Shown here: positions 38,791-48,004 of the stretch, one piece after another | Layout: each line of letters starts with the position of its first letter | Numbering within the stretch: the stretch's first letter is position 1 | Assembly (NCBI GenBank): GCA_044229975.1 | Contig: JBGARZ010000007.1 | Span: 224,001-288,000 of the forward strand | DNA: 64,000 nt | Source: Polyangiales bacterium | GTDB taxonomy: Bacteria; Myxococcota_A; Polyangia; Polyangiales; Ga0077539 | Reading direction: 5' to 3' | Notes under the pieces: generated by a model | Databases searched by the model: none | The model's input: only the letters and a program-made list of their open reading frames with translations | Told to the model about the DNA's origin: nothing | Position numbers and translations under genes: made by a program

Positions 38791-39702
38791 ATGTTGTCGC
38801 GCGACGAGGTGCTCAAGCGGTTCGAGTCGCTTCGTCAGGCGCCCAAGGCGGGCGGGGGGAGGGCGCCGCACAAGCCGCTGCTCGCGCTCTATCTCCTCGG
38901 TCGCATCCAGCAGGAGCGCGCGGCGCTGGCGGGTGCTCCGCTGGTGGTTCCGTACGCGAGCGCGGAGCCCATCGTGAGCGCGCTCATCACGGAGTTTGGT
39001 CCACCAGGGAAGGGCGCCCACCGCGGCGCGATGCCCTTCTTCCACCTCGATCGCTCGGTGTGGCTGCCCGAGGGCGACGGGCTCTCGCCGACGCACTCGG
39101 TGCTGCGCGACCGCCAGGCCGTGGGGCGCTTCGTGCCGGAGGTGGACGAGGCGCTGCGAAGCGAACCGACGCTGGTCATCGAGATCGCCCAGCGGCTGCT
39201 CGCGACCAACTTCCCCGAGAGCTACTTCGAGCCGATCTGTCGCTCGGTGGGGCTCGACCTCGAAGCGCCGGCCGCGTCGAAGAAGAAGCGGGCGCGCGAC
39301 TCGGAGTTTCGTCCCAACGTGCTGCGCGCGTACGACCACTCGTGCGCGTTTTGCGGCTACGACGGGATGGTGAGCGACGCCTCGACGCTGCTGGCGCCCG
39401 TGGCGCTCGCGGCGGCGCACGTGCGGTGGCACGCGCTGGAGGGGCCCGACGAGGTGTCCAACGGCCTCGCGCTGTGCGACGTGCACCACACGCTCTTCGA
39501 CCGCGGGCTGCTGGGCGTGGATGACGCGCGTCGCATCGTGGTGAGCCCGTCGTTCAGCGGGCGCAGCGAGGCGTCGCGGCGGGTGGTGCGGGCGCTCGAT
39601 CAGCAGCCGTTGAGGGAGCCGTCGGCGTCGCGCGATCGGGTCGACGATCGGCACTTCGGGTGGCACCGCGAGCAGGTGTTTCGTCTGGGGTCGGCCGCCT
39701 GA
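38791..39702 (+). CDS. Sulfur-binding-domain HNH endonuclease (phosphorothioate-dependent restriction type)
   Basis: RAPHKPLLAL and MPFFHL N-terminal motifs; FRPNVLRAY..CAFC, AAHVRWH, NGLALCDVHHTLFDRG. Confidence 0.85.
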   Translation: MLSRDEVLKRFESLRQAPKAGGGRAPHKPLLALYLLGRIQQERAALAGAPLVVPYASAEPIVSALITEFGPPGKGAHRGAMPFFHLDRSVWLPEGDGLSPTHSVLRDRQAVGRFVPEVDEALRSEPTLVIEIAQRLLATNFPESYFEPICRSVGLDLEAPAASKKKRARDSEFRPNVLRAYDHSCAFCGYDGMVSDASTLLAPVALAAAHVRWHALEGPDEVSNGLALCDVHHTLFDRGLLGVDDARRIVVSPSFSGRSEASRRVVRALDQQPLREPSASRDRVDDRHFGWHREQVFRLGSAA

Positions 39703-39721
39703 GGGGACTACGCTGGGGCCA

Positions 39722-40105
39722 ATGCTCCCCAAGGTCGCTCTCTGGATCAACGCGCTCGTCTTCGTCGCGCTCGGCGTGTGGCTCATCGTCGATCCGGTCG
39801 GCGGGCTCAGCGGGGTCGACGTGACGGCGCGGTCGCCTGTCGGCGCGACGGAGCTGCGCGCGATGTACGGCGGCCTGGAGCTGGGCCTCGGGGTGTTCGG
39901 TGCGCTCGCGGCGCGACGCCCGGCGTGGCAGGTGCCCGCGCTGTGGGCGTTTACGCTGGCGGTGGGCGGCCTCGGTGCGGTGCGCGGGCTGAGCTCGCTG
40001 CTCACGGCGGGGCACTCGCCGATGCTCTGGGCGCTGTTCGCGACGGAGACGGTGGGGACGGTGGTCAACGTCGCGGCGCTCCGTCAGGCGCAGCGCGCGG
40101 CGTAG
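39722..40105 (+). CDS. DUF4345-like membrane protein
   Basis: Four TM segments; TELRAMYGG motif. Confidence 0.8.
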   Translation: MLPKVALWINALVFVALGVWLIVDPVGGLSGVDVTARSPVGATELRAMYGGLELGLGVFGALAARRPAWQVPALWAFTLAVGGLGAVRGLSSLLTAGHSPMLWALFATETVGTVVNVAALRQAQRAA

Positions 40106-40151
40106 GCATCCGAGTGGTCGCCTCGTGAAGCGGCGTGAGAGCATCGGGGCG

Positions 40152-40610
40152 ATGTCACGCCAACCGATCCCGACGTGGTTCTTCGCGCTGACGGTGGTCC
40201 GACTGGGGAGGCGCTTTTTGCTGGTGCACGAGCGCAAGCACGGGCAGCTCTGGTACCTGCCTGCGGGGCGCGTCGAGCCCGGTGAGACCCTCGTTGACGG
40301 CGCATTGCGCGAGACCCTGGAGGAGACCAGCGTCCCAGTGGTGCTGGAGGGCGTGCTGCGCGTGGAGCACTCGCCGATGGCGGGCGGTGATGCTCGCTGT
40401 CGGGTGTTCTTCCTGGCGCGACCGGTCGACGACACTGCCCCGCTCGCGGCACCCAACGAGCACTCGCTGGAGGCCCGCTGGGTCACCATCGAAGAGATCG
40501 CGGCGCTGCCGCTGCGGGGCGACGAGGTGCTCGCCGTCTGCCGCTACGTCCTCGCGGGCGGAGCGGTGCACCCGATGAACGTGCTCACGGCGGAGGGCGC
40601 GCCGTGGTGA
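40152..40610 (+). CDS. NUDIX hydrolase
   Basis: PAGRVEPGETLVDGALRETLEET Nudix box. Confidence 0.92.
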   Translation: MSRQPIPTWFFALTVVRLGRRFLLVHERKHGQLWYLPAGRVEPGETLVDGALRETLEETSVPVVLEGVLRVEHSPMAGGDARCRVFFLARPVDDTAPLAAPNEHSLEARWVTIEEIAALPLRGDEVLAVCRYVLAGGAVHPMNVLTAEGAPW

Positions 40611-40966
40611 CCTTCGTGCGCCTCGACCATGTGCAGCTCGCGATGCCGATCGGCGGTGAAGCGACGGCTCGCTCGTACTACGTCGACCTCCTGGGCATGA
40701 TCGAAGAGCCGAAGCCCGCCGCGCTGGCGGCGCGTGGTGGCTGCTGGTTTCGCGCGGGCGATGTGGCGTTGCACCTCGGCGCCGAAGGAGACTTCCGGGC
40801 GGCGCGGAAGGCACATCCCTGCGTGCTCATCGACGGCCTCGACGCGCTCGCTCGACGGCTCGTCGATGGCGGGCGCGAGGTGCGTTGGAGCGACGAGGTT
40901 CCGGGCGTGAGGCGCTTCCACACCGACGATCCATTCGGCAACCGGTTGGAGTTCATCGCCGCCTGA
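40607..40966 (+). CDS. Glyoxalase/VOC family protein
   Basis: LDHVQLAMP, RGGCWF, LHLG, KAHP, DPFGNRLEF. Confidence 0.9.
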   Translation: MTFVRLDHVQLAMPIGGEATARSYYVDLLGMIEEPKPAALAARGGCWFRAGDVALHLGAEGDFRAARKAHPCVLIDGLDALARRLVDGGREVRWSDEVPGVRRFHTDDPFGNRLEFIAA

Positions 40967-40997
40967 AGCGGACGGGGGCCGTGCGCGGAGAGAGAGA

Positions 40998-41134
40998 GGG
41001 CCGCCAGGGCGCAAGGGTCGCAAGGGAGACGCGTTTTCACGGCAAACAGCGATTTCGCGGTGTGGGCTCGTACGCCCCGAGCCCCTCGCCATCCATCTCT
41101 CTCATCCCTTGCGACCCTTGCGTCCTGGCGGCCC
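40998..41134. repeat. 30-bp inverted repeat pair with internal cgcaaggg dimer
   Basis: gggccgccagggcgcaagggtcgcaaggga (40998-41027) and its reverse complement at 41105-41134, one mismatch. Confidence 0.85.
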
Positions 41135-41190
41135 AATCTCTGTCGACCGCCGAGCCAGTCGCGCGTGCGTTCCGCGGTACAACCGACCCG

Positions 41191-41826
41191 ATGCCTGAGG
41201 CGCTCGTCCGACCCTACGTCGCCGTCTGGATCATCGCTTCCATCCTCGCTCTCGTCCTCGTCGCGCGCTCGCCCTCCACCTTCGCCATCACCCGCCGCGC
41301 CTACTGGCGATTCCTCCTCGCGCCGTGGCGCGTCGCGACCGGCGCCATCGCCACCGCCTTCCTCGTCCTCGCGCCACCCTACGCTGGCGACCCCACCTGG
41401 GACGCCTGGGTCGGCCTCCTGATGGCGTTGCCCACCTTCGTCACCGCCCCGTGGAGCGTCGGCGCCCTCTGGCGCGTCGCCCGCCGTCGTCTCCCACTCG
41501 CCAACGCCTACGTCGCGGCCTGCGCGTGGATGCTCTCCGCCAGCTGGGGCTACGACCTCTACAACCTGCTCCGTCACCGCGCCTATCCCGCGAGCTGGGC
41601 CGCCAACCTCGCGGCCTCCTCCGTCCTCTACGCCGCCGCGGGACTCTGCTGGAACCTCACCGTCGTCGACGGCGTCGGCGTCACCTTCGCCTTCCTTCGC
41701 GACGACTGGCCCGCCGTCACCGAGGCCCACCGTGGCACCGCGCGACTCGCCGCGTACGTCGCTGTCTTCGTCGCGCTCGTGGCCGCGCTGCTGCTCCCCT
41801 TTGTCATCGACGCCATCCGCTGGTGA
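41191..41826 (+). CDS. Hypothetical integral membrane protein
   Basis: Several TM helices; PYAGDPTWD and YDLYNLLR segments. Confidence 0.75.
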   Translation: MPEALVRPYVAVWIIASILALVLVARSPSTFAITRRAYWRFLLAPWRVATGAIATAFLVLAPPYAGDPTWDAWVGLLMALPTFVTAPWSVGALWRVARRRLPLANAYVAACAWMLSASWGYDLYNLLRHRAYPASWAANLAASSVLYAAAGLCWNLTVVDGVGVTFAFLRDDWPAVTEAHRGTARLAAYVAVFVALVAALLLPFVIDAIRW

Positions 41827-41945
41827 CGCCTCCGTCGTTCTCCAGTGTTCCAGCGTTCTCACGAACGCCGGTCCCTCGCACACGGGTACCGCTGCTGCCC
41901 CGGCGGCTTGCCTCGCCTCGTCCCGTTGAACGATCCTCCGCGCCC

Positions 41946-44033
41946 ATGACCGATCTCGTGGTGATGGCGGGGGAGCTACAAGACGACTACGCCCGGCAGC
42001 GGGCCGACCTCCGGGTCGATGCGCCGTGGTTCGGCGTGTACGACGCCGAGGTGCGCGGCAAACGCTTGCGCTACCGCGTCGGCGAGTGCCGCAACATGGA
42101 CTACCGCATCGTCGACTGGCGGTCGCCCATCGCGCAGCCCTACTACCGCACCGACCCCGGCGACGAGTACGAGGTCGAGGCCACGCACAACACCGTGCGC
42201 GTCGAAGGAACCCTCCACGCCAAGGCCGCCGTCGTCGCCGACCGCTCGCAGCTCACCCGCGTTCAGGTGGTCGACCGCGACGGCCGCCACGCCCTCGTCT
42301 CCGAGCACGGCCGCTTCTCCCTCGCGGTCGGTCCGAAGCCCCCGTCGAGCCTCGCGGGTCTACCGAGCCTCGCCGCCCTCCTCACCGGCGCGCAGTACGA
42401 GCTCATCACCCGCAGCCGCGATCGGCCCGTCATCATCCAGGGGCGCGCAGGCTCGGGGAAGACCTCCGTCGCGCTGCACCGCGTGGCCTGGCTCACCTAC
42501 GCCTCCGACGACCCCACCGCGCCGCCGCCCATCGCGCAGGAGCGCGTGCTGGTGGTGATGTTCAACAAGGCGCTCAGCCGCTTCGTGGCGTCGTCGCTGC
42601 ACGAGCTCGGGCTCGACAACGTGGCCATCGACACCTTCCACGGGTGGGCGCTCCAGCGCATCCGCGACGCCTACAAGGGCAAGGTCGAGCCGCCGCCTCC
42701 GGGCGACATCGAGGGCCACGCCGTGGCCGCCGCCATCAAGAAGCGCCTCGGCACCTTGCGAGCGCTCGAAGCCTTCGTGGCGCGCCAGGAGATCGCCCTC
42801 GTCACATGGCTCACCGGCCGCCTCGAACCCTACGAAGCCCTCGACGTCGTCGAGCGCTTGAAGACCCTCACAGGCCCGGTCGTCGGGCGCGTGGCGACGC
42901 TCCGCAAAGAAGCGCGGGCGGCCCTCACCGAAGCCCGCGGTCGCGACGCCGAGCGGCGCGCGCAGGTCTTCGAGGTGCTCACGCAGGCCCTCGCTCGCAT
43001 GCGTCGGTACAAGGAAGACCTCTACAAGTTTCTCCGCAGCGGCGACCTGCTCGCCGAGCACCTGCCCGACGTGTCGGCCGAAGACCTCGCGGCCCTCGCG
43101 GACTACCAGCAGGCGCTCCAGAGCCGTGACGGTGTGGCGCGCAAACCAGGGCCGTACGTCGGTTGGGAGGACCTCGCGCTGCTCACGCGGCTCATCCAGT
43201 TGAAGAATGGTGGCTTCCCCGACAAGGACGACGACGAGCGCGTACTGCTCTACGACCACGTCGTCATCGACGAGGCGCAGGACTTCGGCGCGGTGGAGCT
43301 GCGGGTGATGTTCGGCGCGGCGCGCGATCGGCGGGCCATCACCATCGTCGGGGACGTGAACCAGAAGATCGTTCCGACGGCGGACTTCATGGGCTGGTCG
43401 GCGCTGGCGAAGGAGCTCGGCGTCGACGGCGGCGAGGTGGCGCGGCTGGAGGTGGCGCACCGCGCGACGCAGGCGATCATGGACGTGGCCGACTCGCTGG
43501 TGGAGGGAGAGCCCACCGTGGGCGCGCGGGCGGGACGTCGCCCGCGGTTCTTTCAGGAGGCGTCGGCGGACGGGGTGTTCGACCGCGTGCTGCGCCTCAT
43601 CGACGACCACGTCGAGCGCGACGAGGCGGCCCACCTGTGCGTGGTGTGCGCGCGTCGCAAGGAGGCGAAGGCGCTGGCCGAGCGGCTCCAGAAGCTGCTC
43701 GACGGCGTGTCCGAGGTGCGCGTCGGACACAACGAGCAGTTCGTGTTCGGGCGCGGCGTGACGGTGACCAACTACCACCAGGTGAAGGGGTTGGAGTTCG
43801 ACGCGGTCATCGTGGTGGAACCCGGCGCCGACAGCTACCCGATGACCGACGCGGGACGCGGCGCGCTGTACACGGTCTGCACGCGAGCGCGCGAGCGGCT
43901 CGATCTGGTGGGAAGCACCGCGCTGACGGGCCTGCTGGAAGCGGCTGCGCGGTCGGGCGCGCTGGAGAGGGTGGGGGCGCCGGAGGTTCCGGCGGCGACG
44001 TTCAGCGAGGAGGAGCAGGAGGAGCCGTTCTGA
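41946..44033 (+). CDS. SF1 UvrD/HelD-like helicase-ATPase
   Basis: IVDWRSPIAQPYY, IQGRAGSGKTSVALHRVAWL, VIDEAQD, VGDVNQ, VKGLEFD, LYTVCTRA. Confidence 0.88.
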   Translation: MTDLVVMAGELQDDYARQRADLRVDAPWFGVYDAEVRGKRLRYRVGECRNMDYRIVDWRSPIAQPYYRTDPGDEYEVEATHNTVRVEGTLHAKAAVVADRSQLTRVQVVDRDGRHALVSEHGRFSLAVGPKPPSSLAGLPSLAALLTGAQYELITRSRDRPVIIQGRAGSGKTSVALHRVAWLTYASDDPTAPPPIAQERVLVVMFNKALSRFVASSLHELGLDNVAIDTFHGWALQRIRDAYKGKVEPPPPGDIEGHAVAAAIKKRLGTLRALEAFVARQEIALVTWLTGRLEPYEALDVVERLKTLTGPVVGRVATLRKEARAALTEARGRDAERRAQVFEVLTQALARMRRYKEDLYKFLRSGDLLAEHLPDVSAEDLAALADYQQALQSRDGVARKPGPYVGWEDLALLTRLIQLKNGGFPDKDDDERVLLYDHVVIDEAQDFGAVELRVMFGAARDRRAITIVGDVNQKIVPTADFMGWSALAKELGVDGGEVARLEVAHRATQAIMDVADSLVEGEPTVGARAGRRPRFFQEASADGVFDRVLRLIDDHVERDEAAHLCVVCARRKEAKALAERLQKLLDGVSEVRVGHNEQFVFGRGVTVTNYHQVKGLEFDAVIVVEPGADSYPMTDAGRGALYTVCTRARERLDLVGSTALTGLLEAAARSGALERVGAPEVPAATFSEEEQEEPF

Positions 44034-44058
44034 CGGGGCGCGCGATATAGTCCGCGCC

Positions 44059-45525
44059 GTGACACCAGAACACCTCGACGTGATCGTCGTCGGCGCCGGC
44101 CTCTCGGGCATCGGCGCGGGGTACCACCTCCAGCACAACTGCCCCGGCAAGACCTACGCGATCCTCGAAGGTCGCGAGCGCCTCGGCGGCACCTGGGATC
44201 TGTTCAAGTACCCGGGCATCCGCTCGGACTCGGACATGTACACGCTGGGCTACTCCTTCCGCCCGTGGACCAACCCCAAGGCCATCGCCGACGGCCCCGC
44301 CATCCTCGACTACGTGCGCGACACGGCCGAGACCTTCGGCATCGACCAGAAGATCCGCTACGGCCTGCGCGTCGAGCGCGCGAGCTGGTCGAGCGCCGCC
44401 TCCCGCTGGACCGTCGAAGCCCGCGAAGTGTCTTCGGGTGAGGTGCGCCAGTTCACCTGCAACTTCCTCTTCATGTGCGCGGGCTACTACGACTACGAGG
44501 GCGGCCACTCGCCCGACTTCCCCGGTCGCGAGCGCTTCGCCGGCCGCGTCGTCCACCCCCAGCACTGGCCCGACGACGTCGACTACGAAGGCAAGCGCGT
44601 CGTGGTCATCGGCAGCGGCGCCACCGCCGTCACGCTGGTGCCCGAGCTCGCCAAACGTGCGTCGCACGTCACCATGCTCCAGCGGTCGCCCACGTACGTC
44701 GTCTCGATGCCCGCGCGCGACCCCATCGCCAACGGCCTGCGCGCACGCCTCCCGCTCCGCGCCGCCTACGCGCTCACCCGCGGCAAGAACATCACCCTCA
44801 GCATGGCGTTCTACGAGTTCTGTCGGCGGCGCCCGGCGGTGGCGAAGAAGCTGCTGCTGCGTCGCGTGAAGTCGCTGCTCAAGGGTGCTTCGTCGATCGA
44901 GCATTTCACGCCCAGCTACAACCCGTGGGACCAGCGCCTCTGCCTCGTCCCCGACGGCGACCTCTTCGACGTGCTGCGCTCGGGCAAGGCTTCGGTGGTG
45001 ACCGACCACATCGAGACCTTCACCGAGAAGGGCATCAAGCTGCGCTCGGGCGAGGAGCTCGAAGCCGACCTCATCGTGACGGCCACCGGCCTGAAGCTGA
45101 AGTTCCTTGGGGGCCTGGAGATGGAGGTCGACGGCCAGCGCGTCGAGCCGTCCAAGACCATGACCTACAAGGGGATGATGTTCAGCGACGTGCCCAACCT
45201 CGCCATCGCCATCGGGTACACCAACGCGTCGTGGACGCTGAAGTGCGACCTCACCTGCGAGTACGTCTGCCGACTGCTCAACCACATGGACAAGCACGGC
45301 TACGCGCGCTGTGTTCCGCGCCGCAACGACGCGTCCGTGCAGGAGGCGCCGCTCTTCGACTTCTCGTCGGGCTACGTGCAGCGCTCCATCGCCAACTTCC
45401 CCCGACAGGGGACCGTCGCCCCGTGGAAGCTCTACCAAAACTTCGCGCTCGACACGATGACGCTGCGCCACTCGCCCATCGACGACGGCACGATGGAGTT
45501 CACGAAGGGCGCGGCGACCTACTGA
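44059..45525 (+). CDS. Flavin-containing (Baeyer-Villiger, EthA-like) monooxygenase
   Basis: GAGLSG, GGTWDLFKYPGIRSDSD, FAGRVVHPQHWP, IGSGATA. Confidence 0.94.
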   Translation: MTPEHLDVIVVGAGLSGIGAGYHLQHNCPGKTYAILEGRERLGGTWDLFKYPGIRSDSDMYTLGYSFRPWTNPKAIADGPAILDYVRDTAETFGIDQKIRYGLRVERASWSSAASRWTVEAREVSSGEVRQFTCNFLFMCAGYYDYEGGHSPDFPGRERFAGRVVHPQHWPDDVDYEGKRVVVIGSGATAVTLVPELAKRASHVTMLQRSPTYVVSMPARDPIANGLRARLPLRAAYALTRGKNITLSMAFYEFCRRRPAVAKKLLLRRVKSLLKGASSIEHFTPSYNPWDQRLCLVPDGDLFDVLRSGKASVVTDHIETFTEKGIKLRSGEELEADLIVTATGLKLKFLGGLEMEVDGQRVEPSKTMTYKGMMFSDVPNLAIAIGYTNASWTLKCDLTCEYVCRLLNHMDKHGYARCVPRRNDASVQEAPLFDFSSGYVQRSIANFPRQGTVAPWKLYQNFALDTMTLRHSPIDDGTMEFTKGAATY

Positions 45526-47194
45526 GTCGGCGGCAGCGGGTGGCGGCCCCGCCACTGGTTGTCGGCGCGGCTGATGCGGCCGCTGGCGTCGAGCTCGTAG
45601 ATTCCGTCGGTGTCGGGGCCCCCGAGCGAAGAGTTGAGGTTGAGCGCGCGGCCGAAGTCGAAGCCCGGTGGGCTGTCGACGAGCTGCGACCACGAGCGCG
45701 CGGACAAGCGCCAGACGTCGTTCCAGCGCGCGGTGGAGTTGGGGTCGTCGATGAGCCCTAGCACCGTCACCGGGTCGCCCGGCGTGGGGTGGTGGGTCCG
45801 GTAGAGCATCTCCTTCCAGAGCGGATATTGGAGCGCGCAGGTGGACTCCATCACCACCAGCAACGACGAGCCGAAGCGCTCGGGGTTGAAGGGCCACGGC
45901 TCGCCCAGGCGAGGCCGCTCGGACGACGCGACGCGCACGACGTTGACGGTCGCGCCGGTGTAGGCGATGGCCCCGCCGCGCCGCCGGTGAGCGCGGGGCT
46001 GCCGGGGAAGTGGACGAAAGCCCCCGGCGCGATGGTGGTCGCTCCGATCGTCATGGGCACGCGCCCGACGTTGCGGGCGGGGATCTGCAACGTCCGGTCG
46101 GAGCTCACCGCGTAGCCGCGGGCGGTGTCCGGCACGGTCGCCTCGCCGCTGGGGTCGAGCTCGAACTCCGACACGCTGCGCCAGTCGAGCACCAGCGCGC
46201 GGCCGTCGCGCAGCGCCACGTCGAGCACGCCGTACTCCGCCGGGACGAAGCCGAAGGGGCGTTCGTCGCCAGCGCGCCGGTCGAAGGCGAACGCCCCGGT
46301 GGTGGCGCCGACCAGCAGGGTGGCGTCGTCGAGGTCGACGCTCGTGACCACGGCGGGCGGCCGCAGGCGCCATGCGATGGCGTCGGAGCCCGGGTCGACG
46401 CGCGCCACGCCCGCAGACCCGAGGGCCGCGAAGAGGGCGCCGTCCCGCCAGCGCCCGCCGAGGAGGGGACCGTCGACCGGGACCTCGCGGACGAGCGCCG
46501 CGCCCTGGTACAGGGAGAGCCGACCCGTCACTGCGTCCCAGGCCGCGAGGTGGCTCGCGCCGTCGCCGACGAGGGTGCGAAACGATCCGCGCGCGACGAC
46601 CCGGCGCCGCGACGCATCGGGCGCGCCGTCGGGCCCGACCGGGAGGAGTTCGAGGGTGTCGTCGGCCGTGGCGATCCACAGCCCGTCGGCCTGACGGACG
46701 ACGTCGAAGACGCCGCGGTGGCTGTCGGCCGTCGCGGTGAAGCGACCGGCGGACGTGCCTCGCACGAGGTCGACGAACTCGACGGCGTTGCTGCCGTGCG
46801 CGCCGCAGACGACCAGCGAGCCGCTGAGCGTTCCGACGGTGCAACGCGGAGCGTCCAGGCCCGCGACCGTCTCGACGAGGAGGGCCCCGTCGCGCTCGGT
46901 GACCCTCTGAACGTCGATGCTGTTGACGACGACGAGCTCGGCACCGCGGGCGAGCAGGCGGGTGCCGTGGGGCGTTCCGTTCCTGCTGTTGAGGAGGGCG
47001 ACGCCCCGCCGCCGCCGCATGCCCGGTGTCCGACTGACGGCCGCGTCGGGGGCGTTTACTCCGCGGGGGTTCTGGTCGGGGCCACCGCCGCACTGCCAGG
47101 CCAGGGTGAGCAGCGGCCACGCGAGGTAGCGCGTTCGTCGCCCCCGGCGGGCGTCGGTGGTCTCCGCGTGCGGCTTGTGGTGATCCATGGGCAA
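45519..47194 (-). pseudogene. Frameshifted gene for an exported LVIVD-like beta-propeller + Ig-like + degenerate redoxin-like protein
   Basis: Frame from 47194 is protein-like until about 45990 then low-complexity; the adjacent frame is protein-like from about 45975 to the stop at 45519. Confidence 0.6.
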
Positions 47195-47254
47195 GCGCGC
47201 ATCACACCACGGAGACCACCCGGGGCACAGTGCGCTGTGCGGTCCGCGACCCCG

Positions 47255-48004
47255 CTACTCCCGCGTCGGCGCGCGCATCGGTCGCCCGTTGGTGATGAGG
47301 AAGCGCCACACGCCCGGCTCACCCACGTTGGAGGTCCGGCACAGCCGCAGGATGTTGGCCGTGCGCGAGCCCGGCAGCACCCGCGAGTCGCGCCGGTTGC
47401 CCGCGTCGAAGCCGGCCTGACCGGGCGTTCCGCCGCGGCCGTTGGTGCCGCCGCTCGCGTCGCCCGTCGTCCACTCGCAGCGCGCGTAGCGGAACTCCAC
47501 CTCGAACTGCCCCTCGTCCATCTCGGCCCCGCCGCGCAGGATGATCTGGAAGCTGTTGAGCTTGTCGACGTGCGAGCCGAAGTACCCGACGTTGTGCCAG
47601 GTCACCGTGACCTGCCCCGGGCGAACGTCCCACCACACGCCGTTGCGCGACGGTCGGCCTTCGCCGCGGGTGTCCACGTCCGCCCAGAAGGCCGCGATCA
47701 TCGGCTGGTCGGCGATGGGAAACGGCGTCGGCGTGTACTGACCCACCGCGCCGCGGAAGGTGATGTTGCCGTTGTTGTTGACGAAGATGCTCGAGTAGGT
47801 GCCGGCGAAGTAGCGCAGGCCACCGGGGAAGGCGTGTGACACGTCGATGGCCGCCGACGAGCTGTCGTCGTTGTAGTCGAGAAACTGCGTCCCGAAGCCA
47901 GCGGGCCCACCGAGGTCGCCGATGAGGTCGACCGCCGCCGCCGTCCCCGGTGCTGCCGCCACCGCGAGCCCTGCTGCCACCACGACCGTCGCCAGCGTCT
48001 TCAT
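47255..48004 (-). CDS. Secreted nidogen-like (NIDO) domain protein
   Basis: Signal peptide; NDDSSS, FVNNNGNITF, IAAFWADVDTR, NSFQIIL, WTTGDASGG, SNVGEPGVWRF; ATG overlaps the upstream TGA. Confidence 0.9.
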   Translation of the reverse strand: MKTLATVVVAAGLAVAAAPGTAAAVDLIGDLGGPAGFGTQFLDYNDDSSSAAIDVSHAFPGGLRYFAGTYSSIFVNNNGNITFRGAVGQYTPTPFPIADQPMIAAFWADVDTRGEGRPSRNGVWWDVRPGQVTVTWHNVGYFGSHVDKLNSFQIILRGGAEMDEGQFEVEFRYARCEWTTGDASGGTNGRGGTPGQAGFDAGNRRDSRVLPGSRTANILRLCRTSNVGEPGVWRFLITNGRPMRAPTRE

